Of a DNA stretch of 35,855 bases, positions 31,383 to 35,855 are shown in pieces. The notes beneath the pieces were generated by a model. The model saw only the letters and a list, made by a program, of their open reading frames with translations. It was not told the DNA's origin and did no database searches. Each line of letters begins with the position of its first letter. Position 1 is the first letter of the stretch. The DNA lies in assembly GCA_943704415.1 (NCBI GenBank), contig CALSCO010000311.1, positions 1-35,855 of the forward strand. The letters are read 5' to 3'. This DNA is from Parvularia atlantis (taxonomy: Eukaryota). The translations under genes were made by a program, and so were the position numbers.

Positions 31383-32528
31383 ATGCTGCCCGTGCGACGA
31401 TTCGCGGCGGCGGGCGTAGTCGGGCGCGAGATCGGGTGGTACGTGTGCGGCGGCCGTGAACTAGCGCAGCGGCTGACGGCCCCCTCGACGCGCACAGGAC
31501 GCTCGCCGAGCCGCGGCACCGCGTGCTCGCCGTGCACGGATGGATGGACAACTGCGGCACCTGGGACCGGCTCGTGCCGCTGCTCCCGCGCAACAACCAC
31601 TACGTGCTGATCGACCTGCCAGGCCACGGGCACTCGGCGCACCTGCCGGCGTACCTCTTCCACGACTACGTGCGCGCCATGCACGACGTCGTCCGCGTGC
31701 TCGGCTGGTCGCGCCTGTCACTCATGGGCCACTCGATGGGCGCCGGCGTCGTGTGCGTGCTGCCGGCCGCGCGCCCTGCCGCCTGCTCACGGCGTGCGTG
31801 CTCGCGCACTGCCAGGTCCATGTACGCCGGCACGCTGCCGCACACGATCGACAAGCTCATCCTCATCGAGGGTGGCTCGGCCATCTGCGCGCCCGCCGAC
31901 AAGACCGCCGAGCTCTTCCAGCAGTTCCTTGAGACGCGCCAGGAGCTCCAGGGCAAGCCCGACAAGACCTACATCTCGCGCGACGTCATGCTGGCCAAGC
32001 TGCTCGAGCGGCCGTTCTCGCGGTGCACTTGCGTGCGCGTGTGGTAGTGAGTGCGAGTCGGTGCGCTCACATCGCATCGTTCAGCGAGGCCGCCGAGTGC
32101 CTGCTCGACGCGGGCGTCACGCAGGATGCGAGCGGCGCGCTCATGTTCAGCCACGACCGGCTGCTGCGGTGCCGTCTCGCGCGCCCACGCACACGCACCC
32201 GCGCACTGACCTGCGCCGCACCAGCGCGCCCGGGCCCCTGCGCATGACCGAGGAGCAGACGCTGTCGTTCCACCGGCGCATCGTCTGCCCGACGCTGCTC
32301 ATCACCGCCGAGCACGGCTGGCCGTTCCCAACCGGGTGGTTCGACCGTTGGAAGTCGGCGCTGCGCGGGCCGCTCACACACCACCACGTCCAAGGCGCGT
32401 CCATCGCTCGACCGACGCGCACGCGTGTGAGCACTGAGCACGCGGACGCAGGGCGGCACCATGTCCACCTGGACGCGCCGGACACGATCGCGCCGCTCAT
32501 AAACGCGTTCTTTGCTCAGTCCTCGTAA
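31383..32528 (+). CDS. Serine hydrolase-like alpha/beta hydrolase (SERHL/kraken family), 5 introns
   Basis: VLAVHGWMDNCGTW, IDLPGHGHSAH, GHSMG, FSHDRLLR, CPTLLI and GRHHVHLD. Confidence 0.85.
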
Positions 32529-32612
32529 AAAGAACCACACCGCACCCACACCGGCGCAGCTCCGCGCACACAACACACGACAGACGCTCCACGTCCACGC
32601 GCGCGCGTGTCC

Positions 32613-33829
32613 TCAGTGGAACGACTCGGACACGAACTTGGAGAAGTCGACCGAGCCGTCGGCCTTCTTGGGCGCGTTGGCCAGGAGCCACTGGATCTTC
32701 TCGCCCTGGACGTAGGGCAGGAGATCGGCCTCGGTGATCGCGTCCTTGTCCTTGGCCAGCAGCTTGAACGCGGCCGCGACCTGGTCGGGCGTGTCCTTGT
32801 CCTGCCGCGGGCGCCGCGCCGTGTCACGCACGCCACGTCACGTCATCGCGCGCGCGCGCGCGCGAGGACACACCTGCGTGCGCTCGACCAGGAACGAGAC
32901 GTACTCGTCAAACGTCACCGCCGGCTCGCCCTTCTCGTCCACGCTGAACGACTGCATCAGCAGCGCCAGCTCCTGCTCCGACAGGCGCAGGCCGATCGAC
33001 TGCAGCGCCGCCTGGAACTCCTTGCTCTGGAGCCGGCCCGACTTGTCCTTGTCAAACTGGATGAACGAGGTCTTGTACTCCTCCAGCTGTGAGTCGGGGA
33101 TGCGCTGCATCTCGATGATCGAGATCTGCCCGTCGAGGAAGGCCAGCTTGCGCTTGGCGTTGAGCACGAGCTCGTTGTACGTGCTGTTGAGCTCCTCGTA
33201 CGTCAGCGGCGTGTACTCGTTGACCTCGATGCCCGCGTTGTTAATCGCGTCGCTCGTCTGCTGCAGCTCGGACAGGCCAGCCGTGCCCTGCGCCCCGACG
33301 CGTCAGCCGCGCCACCGGGAGGCACCGCCGGCACGCACCTGCTCCAGCGCCGTGATCACGTCCGCCACCGTCGCACGCTGCGCGCGCAGGTCGCCGTTCA
33401 GCGTGTGCATCGTGTTCTTGTAACCGTCCAGCCAGTCTGGCGCGAAGCGCATCAGACACGAACCCGCGCACGCGCTGCACGGCGCAGAACGCACTGTTCA
33501 AGTCGCTGCTCTGCGCCGCAAACTTGCGCTTGAGCTCGTCGTTGGCGGCGAAGACCTGCTCCATTGCCGCCTTGTTGCGCGCCTTCTCCGCGCGGCGCGC
33601 GATCTGGTTGTTGACCAGGATCAGCTTGTTGGCGGCGCTGCGCGACACGCCGCCGGTCAGGCGGGGACGCGCGCCACTCGATCGGCCACACCTGCTCTTC
33701 AGCTCCGAGAAGACCAGCTCGAGCTCGCCCAGAGTGTAGTCCGTGTGCTTGTTGTCGTGCACGTTGTACTCGCGCAGCTTGCGGTCGATCTGCGCCGCGG
33801 CACAACGCCGTCTCAGGCACACACGCGAT

Positions 33830-33864
<35 letters not shown>

Positions 33865-35855
33865 CAAAACGCCACCTCCGCAATCTCGACCAGGCGCGCA
33901 TCGCCCTCGGCCGCCTCGGCCTGCACCGCCGTCACCTGGCGGACCTGGTCCTCCAGGTCGCCCTTCGTGTCCAGGCGGTCGCGCAGGCTCTTGGCCCACG
34001 GCACAAAGCTATTGGCGTGCTGCGCAAACTCGACGCGCAGCGCCTCCTTCTTGCGCTCAAGCTCGGCCAGCTCGGCAGCGAGGCTGCGCGGCGCACCGGG
34101 GCCGCTCAGACTTCGTCACACGCGCGTGGATGACGGGGCGCCGGCCCGCACCGCTCCTTCTCGCGCTTGCGCGCCAGCAGGTTGTCGACCAGCTGGCGCT
34201 TGTTGGCCAGCACGGCGAGGGCCTCGTCAAACAGCAGCGAGAGCTCCTCGATCGTGAACTCAGTGTAGGGGTTGTCGTGGATGCCGGCCTCGATCAGGCG
34301 CGTGTTGGCCTCGCCAAGCTCGCCGAGCTTGGCCGGGCCGGTGCTGGTGAGCTCGGCCTGGGTCGCGTGGCGCGGCAGTGAACACGCGTGCACGGGCGCC
34401 CCACCGGGCGACGCACCTGGCACGCGTCCAGCTGCGTGATCTGGTCCTCGAGCTCGCCCGAGACCATGTTGATCGCGGCCACGTGCTGCGACACCCACTG
34501 CTCGAACGCGTTGGCCAGGCCCGCGAACCAGCGGCGCAGGTTCTCCTTGACGTTCTTGAGGTTGTCGCGCAGCGCGTCGAGGCTGCAACCGTGCGCATCA
34601 GCAGCCCGCCCGCCCGCCCGCCCGCAAAAGGCGCACTACGCACCGGCCCTGCTCGCTCGCGATCAGGCGCAGCCACAGGTCGTTCAGGTCGTTCGGGCTC
34701 AGGCCCGCCGGCGGAACGTAGGGCGGGCGCTGGAAGGCGATAAGCTTGGTCTGCAGGTTGGAGAAGATGCTCTCCGCCTGGACCTTGCACGCCGAGTACT
34801 CGGGCTTCTCGCTCGACTTGTACGAGTAGAAGCCGGCGAGGAGTGCGCGGGCGTTGGCGTAGTCGAGGTCGTTCTCGTCCACCGGCGGGCGGCTCTCGAG
34901 CTCGCCGGCCTTGCCCGTGGCCCACGTGGCCAGCTTCTGCGCCTCGGCCAGGTACTGCGCGATCATCTCGTCGCGCTGCTGCGAGAACGCGAGGAAGTTG
35001 GTCACGCGGCGGCCGGCCGTCTCCTGCTCCGACTGCGCCGCGAAGCGGTGGAAGTACTCGGACACGTACGTCATCACACTCTGCGCGCGGCCGTCGATGT
35101 GAGGCCAGGTCATGCCGCGGCGGGGTCAGGCGCGCACGCGCGCCTGCGCACCTTCTCGTCCGGGCGCTCGACTACGACGTCCTCCACGTCCAGCAGCGCG
35201 GGGATGCCCAGGTCGCGCTCGGCGATCGTGAACGCCGTGCGCAGGACCTCCTCGGCTGACTTGCTCTGCAGGTCGTCGTAGTTGATCAGGTCCGGGCGGT
35301 GCGCGTGGATGAGTGCAGCAAAGGCCAGGCCCGAGCGCCACGACGTTGAAAAGTTCTGCACTTCCACGCCCTTGTAGCCCTTGGTCTTGCGCTGGCACCA
35401 CAGCAGCAGGCCCTCCTTGGCGCTGTGGTCCTCGATGTTGATGCCGCGGATCTGGAAGTCGTGGATGATCGTCCAGATCATGCCTGCGACAACCTGGCTC
35501 AGCGTGCCGGCGGGCGCCACACGCGCCGGCGCGCACCCAGCGTCAGCTTGAGGTTCTTGTCGAGGATGCTGATGGGCTTGACAAAGTGCAGCTTGACGCC
35601 GGCCTGGTCGACCATGTTGACGGCCAGGTTGACGTTGTCCAGCTGGTGCGCGCGCATCTTGGCGTTCTTGTTGAAGCGCGGGATCGGCACCTCGTACAGG
35701 ACGTTGATGAGGATCATCAGGTTGAGGCCGTCCGCGAAGCCGTCCTCCACGTCGGCCATCTCCGCGCCCTTCTTCCTGCGCAGGACGCAGTGGCCACGTG
35801 CGCGCACGCGCGTGTGCGCACCTCTCCATCAGCGACTGCATCTGGTTGCGGAACT
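32613..35855 (-). CDS. Alpha-actinin (5'-partial): CH1-CH2, rod repeats, EF-hand region
   Basis: DGLNLMIL, NLKLTLGMIWTII, SAKEGLLLWCQRKT, NFSTSWRSGLAF, HAHRPDLI, LGIPALLDVEDV, RPDEKSVMTYVSEYFH, LQTKL..RPPYVPPAG and FDKDKSGRL. Confidence 0.92.
33832..33861. repeat. (CAG/CTG)10 microsatellite inside an alpha-actinin intron
   Basis: Ten tandem CAG between donor GAG|gtggcg and acceptor gcgcag|ATC on the minus strand. Confidence 0.9.

Noticed and set aside
1..35855. Stop-codon reassignment, selenocysteine or programmed frameshifts to explain fragmented ORFs
   Set aside because: Every frame break I traced is resolved by a GT-AG or GC-AG intron, and TAA, TAG and TGA all serve as true stops.
1..35855. 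Introner-like mobile intron family
   Set aside because: Introns share only donor, branch and acceptor signals and GC/CA-rich composition. I saw no near-identical intron bodies or terminal inverted repeats by eye; an all-vs-all alignment would be decisive.

Overview
Very GC-rich, extremely gene-dense eukaryotic nuclear DNA with many short (mostly about 50-80 nt) spliceosomal introns. There are no prokaryotic, CRISPR or transposon signatures. Fungal-type RPS23, alpha-actinin and a Pom152 nucleoporin suggest a holomycotan (early-diverging fungus or nucleariid-like), which is inference. Splicing by hand gives 16 protein genes: Rac C-terminus, 2xUBA-7xTudor protein, P5B ATPase, RPS23, importin-7/NMD5, DHTKD1, Pom152, fucosyltransferase-like GT-B protein, Cramped/TKI1-domain protein, membrane-anchored alpha/beta hydrolase, galectin-GT31 galactosyltransferase, FHA-Chk2-like kinase, beta-carbonic anhydrase, SERHL-like hydrolase and alpha-actinin (15 named here; the count is approximate at the window edges). 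There is also a U3 snoRNA and tRNA-Ala(CGC). Most ORFs in the supplied track are GC shadows or exon fragments. Best leads: an animal-style E2F/CDE-CHR (DREAM) element in front of a stand-alone Cramped-domain gene; a 7-Tudor UBA protein; a GTGCGY splice-donor dialect with no GTRAG donors and several GC-AG introns; plant-like glycan genes flanking a tRNA; and a 35-bp bidirectional promoter with helically phased GGATG repeats. All homology calls are from motif recognition, not database searches.
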